DNA of 64,000 nucleotides from an uncultured archaeon (GCA_903904885.1 CAIVED010000044.1:5579-69578), one strand, 5' to 3'. Positions 9,810 through 17,905 are shown, counted from the first letter of the stretch. A program made the numbers and translations. The notes: generated by a model from the letters alone, not told the origin.

Positions 9810-10120
9810 GTGTAGGGCAGCATAAGCCGCCTTCTGTAAGGCTCCACATTGCTATGGACAGCCATTGCCGGCATTCAACTAAGCGTCTCAATGGACTTGC
9901 ACAAGCCAGGGCTCGCCGTTTCATCGTTTCTCTTGGAGACGTCAGCGGGTTAACTCAGTTTTGTCGCCAAAACCTTCGCGCGCATCATCCCATTCCAAAA
10001 GCCGTGCCGTTTCTGAGCGGTTGCCATCCATTTCTGGATATTGCTTTCACAATTGGCCACCGATAGTGGGCGGACTTTCCTCAGCCGATTAAGGCCGACA
10101 GCCAGCTGCTGCTCCTACAC
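9810..10120 (-). ncRNA. rnpB: RNase P RNA (archaeal type A-like).
   Basis: Minus strand reads 5'-GUGUAGGAGCAGC...GGCUGAGGAAAGUCCGCCC (CR-I/P4 5' strand)...UUACAGAAGGCGGCUUAUGCUGCCCUACAC-3' (CR-V ACAGAAnnCGGCUUA). P1 pairs 5' GUGUAGG(A)GCAGC with 3' GCUGCCCUACAC. Minus-strand BRE/TATA at 10143-10150, ~25 nt upstream of the 5' end. Confidence 0.8.
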
Positions 10121-10139
10121 GAATAGAAGTCGGTATAGC

Positions 10140-10152
10140 TTGTTTATAAAGG
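10140..10152 (-). promoter_or_regulatory. BRE/TATA (gaaaaccTTTATAAAca on the minus strand) promoter of RNase P RNA.
   Basis: Position relative to the P1 5' end at 10120. Confidence 0.5.
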
Positions 10153-10155
10153 TTT

Positions 10156-10464
10156 TCAAAGAATAAGTTCATGACCCAGAGTGTAATATGTCGGCAGATA
10201 TGGTTCCGTAAGAGTGCTAATGCCCTTGGCTTTGCCTCGGTCCTGAACAGCATAGTTGCCGGTGACCTTTGCTACCACCCCTCCGCGTGCAGTACTAAAA
10301 GAAATCCTAAAGTCCTCAAACCAAATGTTGATGTCATCCTTTATGAACCAATTTCGCGTTAATTTTGGCAGGCCTAATTCATAGACCGTTGTGCCTAACA
10401 TTTCCAGGAGCCTGTCTGCCTGCTCAACTTCTGTTCGGGGTTGCTTTCTTTTGCGTTCAAACAT
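10156..10464 (-). CDS. Hypothetical ~102-aa basic protein (MFERKRKQPRTEVEQADRLLEMLG...).
   Basis: Track ORF 10156..10533. The longer start would place a TATA box inside the coding region; the ATG at 10464 has aaatttatatatt ~30 nt upstream. Confidence 0.35.
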   Translation of the reverse strand: MFERKRKQPRTEVEQADRLLEMLGTTVYELGLPKLTRNWFIKDDINIWFEDFRISFSTARGGVVAKVTGNYAVQDRGKAKGISTLTEPYLPTYYTLGHELIL

Positions 10465-10520
10465 TTTATTTTTTACGCTTCCTAGGAAATATATAAATTT
10501 ATTCATACCACTACAAAAAC

Positions 10521-10536
10521 CTTTATAAACCACCTC
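10521..10536 (+). promoter_or_regulatory. BRE/TATA aaaaccTTTATAAAcc for the leaderless secG/Sec61beta gene.
   Basis: About 20-25 nt upstream of the ATG at 10552. Confidence 0.45.
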
Positions 10537-10551
10537 AATTTCTGACTAATC

Positions 10552-10725
10552 ATGTCAAACGATAAGATAAGAATGCCGTCCTCCATGGGAGGCCTGGTCA
10601 GTTATACAAGCGAGTATGACTCCAAGATAATCTTCAAGCCGGCCTATGTCATTGTTTTCTGCGTTGTTGTGATAATCATCGCAATAGTTCTCCATCTTTA
10701 CGGAAACGCCCTTTTGGGAATCTAA
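10552..10725 (+). CDS. secG: Preprotein translocase subunit Sec61beta/SecG (archaeal). 57 aa, not in the ORF track.
   Basis: MSNDKIRMPSSMGGLVSYTSEYDSKIIFKPAYVIVFCVVVIIIAIVLHLYGNALLGI. The conserved MPSS.GGL motif plus a single C-terminal TM is diagnostic. The overlapping minus-strand track ORF 10555..10875 is treated as spurious. Confidence 0.75.
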   Translation: MSNDKIRMPSSMGGLVSYTSEYDSKIIFKPAYVIVFCVVVIIIAIVLHLYGNALLGI

Positions 10726-10726
10726 A

Positions 10727-11059
10727 ATGATGCCCGGAATAAATCCAAGACAGATGCAGCAGGCCATGAAAAGGATGGGCATCCAGCAGGTTGATATTGA
10801 GGCTAAAGAAGTAATTATCAGAACCGAAGACAAGGAACTTGTTTTCACAAATCCCCAGGTTTCCAAAATCAACATGATGGGCCAGGAAACCTACCAGGTT
10901 ATCGGCGAGCCGGAAGAGCGCGAACTGTCAGCAGGGATTTCTGAAGAGGACATTGAAACCGTCATGGAGCAGGCGAATGTTGACAAGAAGAAAGCTTTGG
11001 CAGCATTAGAGAAGCACAATGGTGATTTGGCTGAAGCGATAATGGATTTGAAGAAGTAA
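10727..11059 (+). CDS. nac: Nascent polypeptide-associated complex alpha subunit (NAC domain + C-terminal UBA).
   Basis: MMPGINPRQMQQAMKRMGIQQ...NPQV...MGQETYQVIG and a C-terminal UBA-like KKKALAALEKHNGDLAEAIMDL. Confidence 0.8.
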   Translation: MMPGINPRQMQQAMKRMGIQQVDIEAKEVIIRTEDKELVFTNPQVSKINMMGQETYQVIGEPEERELSAGISEEDIETVMEQANVDKKKALAALEKHNGDLAEAIMDLKK

Positions 11060-11084
11060 TTATCTTTTTTCTTAAAAATAAAAT

Positions 11085-11258
11085 CATATTTTCTGGGCAG
11101 GCCTTAACTTTGCTTCCTGCTTTTCATCTTTGCCTCGATTTCCAAGCCTGCATTAACTTGCACTCTGCAAGTAAATATTTCATTCTTGCATGGCAATCCC
11201 GCAGAACAAGCTAGACAAACTTGAAGATTAATGCCAGAACCAGCAAACCGGCTTTATT
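11085..11258 (+). repeat. Intergenic repeat family, copy A (~175 nt), containing the 13-codon mini-ORF MAIPQNKLDKLED (11190..11231).
   Basis: Shares ttttctgggcaggccttaactttgcttc, ttcttgcatggca and acaaacttgaaga.taatgc.agaaccagcaaac blocks with copy B (19372..19546, opposite strand). Shares partial blocks with copy C (58583..58730). Confidence 0.7.
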
Positions 11259-11278
11259 GGATAATATTTATATAGAAG

Positions 11279-11794
11279 GTGGCCTATTACCGGCCCATGC
11301 AAAAGTTCCAAATCGCAAGGAAGGAAGCCCTCATAAAGATCAAGGCAGCTGACCACATGCTGACCCAGACCTATCCTGCATTAAAAGACAGCAAGATTCT
11401 TATGTCTGTACTCTCAAACCTAATTGCTGGCGTCGAGCAAACAGTGACAGCAATCCTGCACTATGACCGGGCATTTCACAAAATCCCGCCGTTCCATGAC
11501 AATTTCGCTTCAAAGCTCCACCTGTTCAGGAACACCTCCGCAGGAATGCATGACATAGCCAATTTTGTGCCGTTCATTGCAAAAATGAACGACTATCTCG
11601 AGAGGCATAAAAGCAGCCAGGTGGAGTTCTCCAGGAAGGACTCTTTTGTGATGGCCGATGACAGCTATAACCTGAGGGCAGTAACCGCAAAGGATTTAAA
11701 GAAGTTCTTAGATGAGGCAAAGTCACTTTACATGAAAGCGGCGCAAATAACATCCGAGAACGAGGAAATATTTAATCTGGAGGCGGGAGACTAA
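11279..11794 (+). CDS. Hypothetical alpha-helical protein (P1) with a possible HEPN-like R-x6-H (FRNTSAGMH).
   Basis: Track ORF 171 aa. Stop and start separated by 2 nt from the next gene. The N-terminal KEALIKIKAADHMLTQTYP loosely parallels EELKRVDHLIYVSLKYT of P2. Confidence 0.35.
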   Translation: MAYYRPMQKFQIARKEALIKIKAADHMLTQTYPALKDSKILMSVLSNLIAGVEQTVTAILHYDRAFHKIPPFHDNFASKLHLFRNTSAGMHDIANFVPFIAKMNDYLERHKSSQVEFSRKDSFVMADDSYNLRAVTAKDLKKFLDEAKSLYMKAAQITSENEEIFNLEAGD

Positions 11795-11796
11795 AC

Positions 11797-12255
11797 ATGC
11801 AGGAATGCCTTATCAATGCCCATGAGGAGCTGAAAAGGGTCGACCACCTTATTTATGTCAGCCTGAAATACACCCGCACAATTGATGTCATAAAAAACAT
11901 AGTGGACAGGTTCATCAGCGCCTATGACTGCTTTATTCTTGCAATGCTTACCAAACTAAAGGAAGAGGGCAAGATAGATGAGTTTCCCGAGTCGCCTATT
12001 GAGAAGGCAAACCTGGTGAAGGAGAAATATCCCGAGCAGATTGTCCAGGAAAACATAGAAATATATCTTCTTTACAGGAAAATAGCAAAGGCAAAATCAA
12101 CAAGCTCCCAGGAATACAGGCGTCATGTTACAATGACCGCCACCCTTGCGGACGGGACAGTTATCCAGGTTGACATTGACAAGATTTATGAATACTACAA
12201 AAAAGCCAAGGAATTCTTTGAGATGGTTAAGAAATTAGGTGGAACGGGTGACTAG
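11797..12255 (+). CDS. Hypothetical alpha-helical protein (P2), possible distant paralog of P1. Overlaps the downstream MinD-like gene by 17 nt.
   Basis: Track ORF 152 aa. Confidence 0.35.
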   Translation: MQECLINAHEELKRVDHLIYVSLKYTRTIDVIKNIVDRFISAYDCFILAMLTKLKEEGKIDEFPESPIEKANLVKEKYPEQIVQENIEIYLLYRKIAKAKSTSSQEYRRHVTMTATLADGTVIQVDIDKIYEYYKKAKEFFEMVKKLGGTGD

Positions 12256-13006
12256 GTTTATATCAATTGTTTCCGGGAAAGGAGGCGTCGGAAAAACCAC
12301 AACAGCAATAAATCTCGCGGCGGCATTGAGCTCCTGCGGAAAGGAAGTCCTTGTTGTTGACGGCAACACAGGAACGCCTGATGTGGGGCTTCATCTTGGG
12401 GTTACAAAGTTCTCAACAACACTCCACGACGTGCTGAAGGGCTCAAAAACGCTCAGGGATGCTGTTTACATCCATTCATCCGGGCTGAAGTTTGTTCCGG
12501 CAAGCATATCATTGGATGAAACCAAGACCGTGGATATTGATAACCTGCACCAGGTAATGCTGGACCTTTACGGCACAACAGACATAGTCCTGATAGACGG
12601 CGCAGCAGGAATAGGGAAAGAGGCGCTTTCTGTGATAAAATCCTCAGATGAGGCGATAATTGTCACAAATCCTGACATTCCCTCTGTTACAGATTCATTG
12701 AAAATGACCAGAATCACAAGAGAGAACGGCATAAAGGTTTACGGCGTCATTGTAACAAGGGCTTTTGACAAAAATGATGTTTCCCCCGAGAATATTTCTG
12801 TCCTTCTGGACGCGCCGATTCTTGCGGTAATTCCCGAGGATTTTGCAGTCAGGAAAGCGCTGTCAATGAAGCAGCCGGTTGTTTTCTCCCATCCAGAGGC
12901 AGAATCCTCTGTTGCCTACAAAAAGCTGGCAGCGGAGATGCTTGGGCAGACCTACTCCCAGAAAATAGGGAAGAAGGGTTTCTTCGCGAGATTATTCGGA
13001 ATGTGA
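12239..13006 (+). CDS. minD: MinD/ParA-family P-loop ATPase.
   Basis: Deviant Walker A SGKGGVGKTTTAINLAAAL and the overall MinD/ParA layout. Confidence 0.8.
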   Translation: MERVTRFISIVSGKGGVGKTTTAINLAAALSSCGKEVLVVDGNTGTPDVGLHLGVTKFSTTLHDVLKGSKTLRDAVYIHSSGLKFVPASISLDETKTVDIDNLHQVMLDLYGTTDIVLIDGAAGIGKEALSVIKSSDEAIIVTNPDIPSVTDSLKMTRITRENGIKVYGVIVTRAFDKNDVSPENISVLLDAPILAVIPEDFAVRKALSMKQPVVFSHPEAESSVAYKKLAAEMLGQTYSQKIGKKGFFARLFGM

Positions 13007-14035
13007 GTCCTCTGTAAAGTAAAGTCCCTTTAGCATGTGCATTCTTAACAGTTCACTGTGAGACATTTGGCGGGATTTAGCAAATCCTGAGGTAAATGCA
13101 TCCCAAACGGATTTTTCTCTTCTCGGCATTATTTCTGGATGTGTTTCAAAAAACTCATCCCAGTAACGGCGGAATCCTACATACCCCAGTATCTTCCAGA
13201 AACCAACCCTGATTGCTTCAGCAGTCATAACCACTGAAGTATAGCCCAGAAGACCTAAATCTGGGACCTGGTTGAATGTTTTCTCTCTGTCCAGATAAAA
13301 CCTGCCATCGCGCTGAATCCAGGCATATTTCGCATTCCAAGGAGCCGGGGGATACAATATTCCTTCCTTTTGGTTAAAATTGAACACTCTTTCTGGCAGA
13401 TAATATGGGTATTTTTCATACAGCGCTTCTATTGATTTGAATTTCTCTTTCTTTTCTGAAGTTTCTTCAAAAGAAACACGCAAAACCTGGTTTTTAGCGT
13501 ATTTTACTTCCCGGTCATCATCGGTGTCGATATATTGCTCTCCTTGTTCAAGAACCTCCACAACCTTTGCACGGTAGGTGCTGTTCTTTTTTGAAGCTGG
13601 CTGGAATTCTCTCAAATAACTGTACCAGTCGACATCACCGATTTCCCATCCCGGTTCATAAGCAATGCTGTGCGGAATTTTCATCACATCAGTCCTGGTT
13701 ATCCTCTGTTTCCTTCTAACAACCTTACTTCTGTCAAGGTTTCTTTTGGCTTCATCACGGTTTTGTGAATGAAATAGCATTTCTCTATGGAAATATTGTT
13801 TGGGATAATCAAGTTCCTCGTCCCAGTCTGAGTTTAGACATTCACTATTACGATATCCTTGATTGATGTCGAGACTCAATATTCTTGCAAGCCCTTCCAA
13901 TCCGGAAAAATACAGATAATTCCAGCTTCCATCAACTTTCAAATTTTGGAGAAGTCTGACAAATTCTTCCTTTGTTATTCCGGGATTATCTAGCAAAATC
14001 GCTGCAGGTATCAGATGGTCGCATGGTCCCCCCAT
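12992..14035 (-). CDS. Hypothetical Trp/Tyr-rich 347-aa protein with no recognisable motifs.
   Basis: Track ORF, convergent with minD. Confidence 0.35.
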   Translation of the reverse strand: MGGPCDHLIPAAILLDNPGITKEEFVRLLQNLKVDGSWNYLYFSGLEGLARILSLDINQGYRNSECLNSDWDEELDYPKQYFHREMLFHSQNRDEAKRNLDRSKVVRRKQRITRTDVMKIPHSIAYEPGWEIGDVDWYSYLREFQPASKKNSTYRAKVVEVLEQGEQYIDTDDDREVKYAKNQVLRVSFEETSEKKEKFKSIEALYEKYPYYLPERVFNFNQKEGILYPPAPWNAKYAWIQRDGRFYLDREKTFNQVPDLGLLGYTSVVMTAEAIRVGFWKILGYVGFRRYWDEFFETHPEIMPRREKSVWDAFTSGFAKSRQMSHSELLRMHMLKGLYFTEDSHSE

Positions 14036-14103
14036 TTTAACTCCTAATTAAACAAAAAGAACCCCCTTTTCAATATGGCATATTAATTAATTTTTTAAAC
14101 CTT

Positions 14104-14203
14104 CTGCCAGTGCCGCGCTCCGTTCGCCTTCGGTGGGCAGGTGTTTGACCGATTTTAGTGATTTCTAACAATTCTCTTTGACTTCGCTGGGCGGCACTGG
14201 GCG
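14104..14203. other. GC-rich structured element in a divergent promoter region. A 10-bp inverted repeat CCAGTGCCGC/GCGGCACTGG closes ~80 nt containing a CCUUCGGG tetraloop hairpin. Candidate small ncRNA or protein-binding site.
   Basis: Seen in sequence. GC content stands out from the flanking AT-rich promoter DNA (TATA-like boxes at ~14075-14095 and ~14222-14232). Confidence 0.25.
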
Positions 14204-14255
14204 CAAACCTCAAAACAAAAACATTTTTATATCCCAAACCAAATTTTCTGGATAA

Positions 14256-14765
14256 ATGGCAGCTAAAACCCTGAGGCAGAAGCTTCTTGAAAAGGGATGG
14301 AAAGAGGAGGAGATTGAGCACGCGCTTGCTGTTATGGGAAGCGTTGAGGCAAAGGAGCCTGTGCCAATCAAGAGCTCCAGCCCCCTGCTCTACTGGCTTA
14401 CCCTGGTCATATCAATAATCGGCAACTTTCTCATTGCTGTTGCGATAATACCCTTCCTGATTGTCCTTTCCGATGTCCAGCTTTATTTTGTAATTGCAAT
14501 CCTTGCGCTGTCTTTCGGGGCGATGTTTAATTTTTTAATCAACACAATGGAGCATCTGGACCCTTCGCATCATGTTGTTGCGGGAGTTTTCATTCCGGCG
14601 CTTGCGGCAATAACAATATTTGTGATGGTGAATGTTTCCAACAGGCTGAGCGCATTCTTCCAGAGCCCTATCATCCACAATCCGGTCTGGGTCGCAATAC
14701 TCTACGTCATATTCTTCTCAGCGCCCTATTTCATGGTCAAGATTTTTTACTACGTGAGAAAGTAA
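14256..14765 (+). CDS. Integral membrane protein (4 TM) of unknown function.
   Basis: Hydrophobic spans LLYWLTLVISIIGNFLIAVAIIPFLIVL etc. Confidence 0.45.
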   Translation: MAAKTLRQKLLEKGWKEEEIEHALAVMGSVEAKEPVPIKSSSPLLYWLTLVISIIGNFLIAVAIIPFLIVLSDVQLYFVIAILALSFGAMFNFLINTMEHLDPSHHVVAGVFIPALAAITIFVMVNVSNRLSAFFQSPIIHNPVWVAILYVIFFSAPYFMVKIFYYVRK

Positions 14766-14778
14766 AGCCCGTTCTCAT

Positions 14779-14794
14779 AAAAACCTTTATAAAT
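14779..14794 (+). promoter_or_regulatory. BRE/TATA aaaaccTTTATAAAtatc. The ~29-nt block aaagcc(c)gttctcataaaaacctttataaa is repeated at 15341-15369.
   Basis: Two near-identical promoter-containing segments, upstream of 14837 and of the rps13 operon. Confidence 0.4.
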
Positions 14795-14836
14795 ATCCAG
14801 ATTTAATCAACAAACGTGCGATAAGGAGGTAACAAG

Positions 14837-15166
14837 ATGGTAAATAAACCGGTAGACTGGGATTATTTTTCATTTGCTGCAAGGATGTTTGGGGAAGAGT
14901 TGGAAAATATTAACTTTAGCTTTGCTGCAGTCTCGACGGCCGCTCGAGGTACTTTGACCCATTCATCAAGATATTATGAAACTGGTGTTGAATTGCCTGC
15001 AGAGGATAAAGAAATCCTTGGTAGAATACAAGGCATCCTGAATGATATGGTAACTGCTTCAAAAAAAAGGAATCTTGATGGGACAAAAAGACTTATGCTA
15101 AAGTTTATAGATGTGGTTAACAGCCGAGTTAAAGGAAAAAAACGCTGGTATGAGTTTTGGAAGTGA
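14837..15166 (+). CDS. Hypothetical 109-aa protein.
   Basis: Track ORF with a promoter motif upstream. Confidence 0.35.
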   Translation: MVNKPVDWDYFSFAARMFGEELENINFSFAAVSTAARGTLTHSSRYYETGVELPAEDKEILGRIQGILNDMVTASKKRNLDGTKRLMLKFIDVVNSRVKGKKRWYEFWK

Positions 15167-15498
15167 GCTTGCACGAATTAATGTGCAAAGCCTTTTTAGA
15201 CAATATGTATAAATATATAGATTATATTTAGGTATTTTTCCGACACCCAAGTCTAATTATCTCCATTAGTCCTTTCTTTTGATTTCTGTGCACCTTTTAA
15301 GCATTAAATGTGCAGGAAAGGCTTCAATGAATTAATGTGCAAAGCCGTTCTCATAAAAACCTTTATAAACCACCGGAATTAACAGACAAACCATAGTTAA
15401 TCAGCCCGAGTTCATGATTTAGAGCGCTTTTAGGGCTTAAAAAAGTTAAACAAGTTCTCTAAATCAATATTTTGCATATTTGGGGGAAATTTACCAAA

Positions 15499-16005
15499 AT
15501 GGAAGAAAAACAAGACAATTTCAGGCACATTTTAAGGGTTGTGGGCACTGATTTGAGCGGAAACGGCAAGCTAGTTAACGAGCTGAGGAAAATAAAGGGA
15601 ATCAGCTTCATGTTTGCAAACACGCTTTGCAATGTGGCCAAAATCGACAAGAACCAGAAAATGGGCTATGCTGAGGATTCTACAATAGCAAAGATTGAGG
15701 ATGTAATCAAGAACCCTTCCAAATTCGATATCCCGAGATGGATGTTCAACAGAAGGTGCGATCCCGAAGACGGGACAGACAAGCATCTGGTCGGGGCAGA
15801 CCTGAAATTTACTCATGAAAATGATTTGAGAATGATGAAGAAGATAAGGTCCTACAAGGGCGTAAGGCATTCAATCGGCCAGCCGGTAAGGGGCCAGAGG
15901 ACAAAATCAAATTTCAGGGTAAACAAAGGAAAGGTAACTGGAGTTGCAAAGTCAAGGCAGGCAAAGGCAGCTGCAAAGCCTACCGGAGACAAGGGCAAGA
16001 AGTAA
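15499..16005 (+). CDS. rps13: 30S ribosomal protein S13 (uS13).
   Basis: NFRHILRVVGTDLSGNGKLVNELRKIKGI...GVRHSIGQPVRGQRTKSN. The track start 15472 is TTG; the ATG at 15499 was chosen. Confidence 0.85.
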   Translation: MEEKQDNFRHILRVVGTDLSGNGKLVNELRKIKGISFMFANTLCNVAKIDKNQKMGYAEDSTIAKIEDVIKNPSKFDIPRWMFNRRCDPEDGTDKHLVGADLKFTHENDLRMMKKIRSYKGVRHSIGQPVRGQRTKSNFRVNKGKVTGVAKSRQAKAAAKPTGDKGKK

Positions 16006-16006
16006 A

Positions 16007-16585
16007 ATGGGAGACATAAGAAGGGCCAGGAAACAGTACCAGACTCCTTCCCATCCGTGGGAAGCAGCAAGGATGGCAGAGGAAAAGCCGCTGTTCAAGG
16101 ACTACGGACTTGGAAACAAGAAAGAGCTCTGGAAGATGGGTTCCATGGCAAAGGCAATCGCGCTCCAGGCAAAAAAGCTTATCGCAAAAAGGGATGACAA
16201 GCAGGCCATAAAGGAAAAGGAGCTTCTGATGCAGAGGCTGATAAGATACAATTTGATAAGGCCAGGCGACCCCATAGAGTCCGCACTGGCGCTGAGTTCA
16301 AAGGACATTCTTGAGAGAAGGCTGCAGACAATGGTTGTGAGGAAGAATTTTGCAAGAAGCATGAAGCAGGCAAGGCAGCTGATAACCCACAAGCACATGA
16401 TGATAAACAGCAAGGTCATAACATCGCCTTCATACATTGTTTCTGCTGTGGAAGAGAGCCAGATAGGATATTCGGGAAACTCCCCGTTTGTCGCAGAGGA
16501 CCACCCGGAAAGGCCGGAAGCAAACGTAAAAAAGCAAATTGCAGAGGAAAAAGCAAAAATAGAAGGAAATGAATCCGCAAAATAA
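16007..16585 (+). CDS. rps4: 30S ribosomal protein S4 (uS4).
   Basis: [26 protein letters not shown]...[20 protein letters not shown]. In-frame ATG inside track ORF 15944..16585. Confidence 0.85.
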   Translation: MGDIRRARKQYQTPSHPWEAARMAEEKPLFKDYGLGNKKELWKMGSMAKAIALQAKKLIAKRDDKQAIKEKELLMQRLIRYNLIRPGDPIESALALSSKDILERRLQTMVVRKNFARSMKQARQLITHKHMMINSKVITSPSYIVSAVEESQIGYSGNSPFVAEDHPERPEANVKKQIAEEKAKIEGNESAK

Positions 16586-16970
16586 AATCGTATGGGGAAT
16601 AGCGCATATTTACGCGTCTTACAATGATACAATAATCCATGTTACAGATATTACAGGAACCGAAAGCATCGCAAGGTCTTCGGGAGGGCAGATGGTCAAG
16701 GCCCACAGGCTGGAATCATCCCCCACAGCAGCAATGATGGCTGCGAAAAAGGTTGCAGAACTTGCGCTCGAGAGAGGAATCAATGGCGTTCATGTTAAAG
16801 TCCGAGGCCCAGGAGGGCATCAGGGGCCGCAGGCGCCAGGACCGGGAGCCCAGGCTTCTGTTAGGGCACTGTCAAGAATGGGATTGAGAATAGGGATAAT
16901 TGAGGACGTCACTCCATTGCCCCATGACGGATGCAAAAAGAAGGGCGGAAAGAGAGGTAGAAGAGTATGA
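16569..16970 (+). CDS. rps11: 30S ribosomal protein S11 (uS11).
   Basis: [31 protein letters not shown]...[32 protein letters not shown]. Confidence 0.85.
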   Translation: MNPQNKIVWGIAHIYASYNDTIIHVTDITGTESIARSSGGQMVKAHRLESSPTAAMMAAKKVAELALERGINGVHVKVRGPGGHQGPQAPGPGAQASVRALSRMGLRIGIIEDVTPLPHDGCKKKGGKRGRRV

Positions 16971-17749
16971 AAATAGAAATACTTGAAAAAAAGAAGAACA
17001 GGCTTTCATTTTTGCTAAAGGACTCTTCTGTTCATTTTGCAAACGCGCTGAGAAGGACAATCATAAATGAAGTTCCCACAATGGCCATTGAGGATGTTGA
17101 GTTCAGGAAAAACAGTTCAGCCCTCTATGATGAGATGGTTGCCCACAGATTGGGATTAATTCCGCTTAAAACAGATTTGAAAAGCTATGAATTGCCTGCA
17201 GAGTGCTCCTGCAAGGCAGAGGGATGCGCAAAATGCCAGGTGGTTGGCTCATTGAAAGTCAAGGACGTAAAAGCGCCAAGAATGGTTTTGGCATCTGAAA
17301 TGAAATTCAAGGATCCTGCAATAAAGCCGGTTTACCAAGACATGCCGATAGTTTTGCTTTTGAAAAACCAGGAGTTGGAGTTTGAGGCAACGGCAGTTTT
17401 GGGAAAGGGAAAGGAGCATTCAAAATGGATTCCTGCCCACATCTTTTACAAGTACCTGCCGAATATTGAAATCGGCAAGGACATAGAAAACCCGGAGGAA
17501 ATTGCAGCTGTCTGCCCGGTTGATGTTTTTGAAGTCAAATCAAAAAAACTTGCAATCAAAGACCTTTACGCATGCCATCTTTGCGGTGCCTGCGTTGACG
17601 CGTCAGAAGGAAAAGTAAAGCTGAATGAAAAGGATACTGATTTCATATTTTACATGGAGCCCTTTGGCCAGCTTGACTCCGAGGAGATTGTCAATAAGGC
17701 AATAGACATTATTGACAGCCAGCTGGACGAGCTGGACAGCCAGCTCTGA
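16967..17749 (+). CDS. rpoD: DNA-directed RNA polymerase subunit D (Rpo3) with a ferredoxin-like Cys cluster.
   Basis: [23 protein letters not shown]...HRLGLIPLK, plus CPVDVFEV...[15 protein letters not shown] overlap with the rps11 stop. Confidence 0.8.
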   Translation: MKIEILEKKKNRLSFLLKDSSVHFANALRRTIINEVPTMAIEDVEFRKNSSALYDEMVAHRLGLIPLKTDLKSYELPAECSCKAEGCAKCQVVGSLKVKDVKAPRMVLASEMKFKDPAIKPVYQDMPIVLLLKNQELEFEATAVLGKGKEHSKWIPAHIFYKYLPNIEIGKDIENPEEIAAVCPVDVFEVKSKKLAIKDLYACHLCGACVDASEGKVKLNEKDTDFIFYMEPFGQLDSEEIVNKAIDIIDSQLDELDSQL

Positions 17750-17804
17750 TTACACTCACGCGGAGGTATCAAAAATCCAAGATTTTTGGAACCTACCGCG
17801 ATAC

Positions 17805-17905
17805 GCGGAGGTGGCAGAGCCTGGCCAAATGCGCAAGGTTGAGGAAGAAAACTTCAAACGCCTTGTCCCTTAGTGGGTGCGAGGGTTCAAATCCCTTCCT
17901 CCGCA
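17805..17905 (+). tRNA. tRNA-Leu, putative anticodon GAG, class II (long variable arm), with a ~15-nt intron in the anticodon loop. No encoded CCA.
   Basis: Acceptor GCGGAGG/CCUCCGC with discriminator A. T-arm GAGGGUUCAAAUCCCUU. Anticodon stem CAAGG/CCUUG flanks UUGAGGA plus ~15 extra nt. The two overlapping track ORFs here are spurious. Confidence 0.65.

Noticed and set aside
10555-10875. 106-aa minus-strand track ORF
   Set aside because: Overlaps and is antisense to the clearly recognisable Sec61beta (10552-10725) and the start of NAC-alpha. It is Cys-rich with no plausible fold.
14070-14321. 83-aa minus-strand ORF
   Set aside because: Spans a divergent promoter region and the structured GC-rich element. 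Basic and Arg-rich, typical of spurious ORFs in GC-rich DNA.
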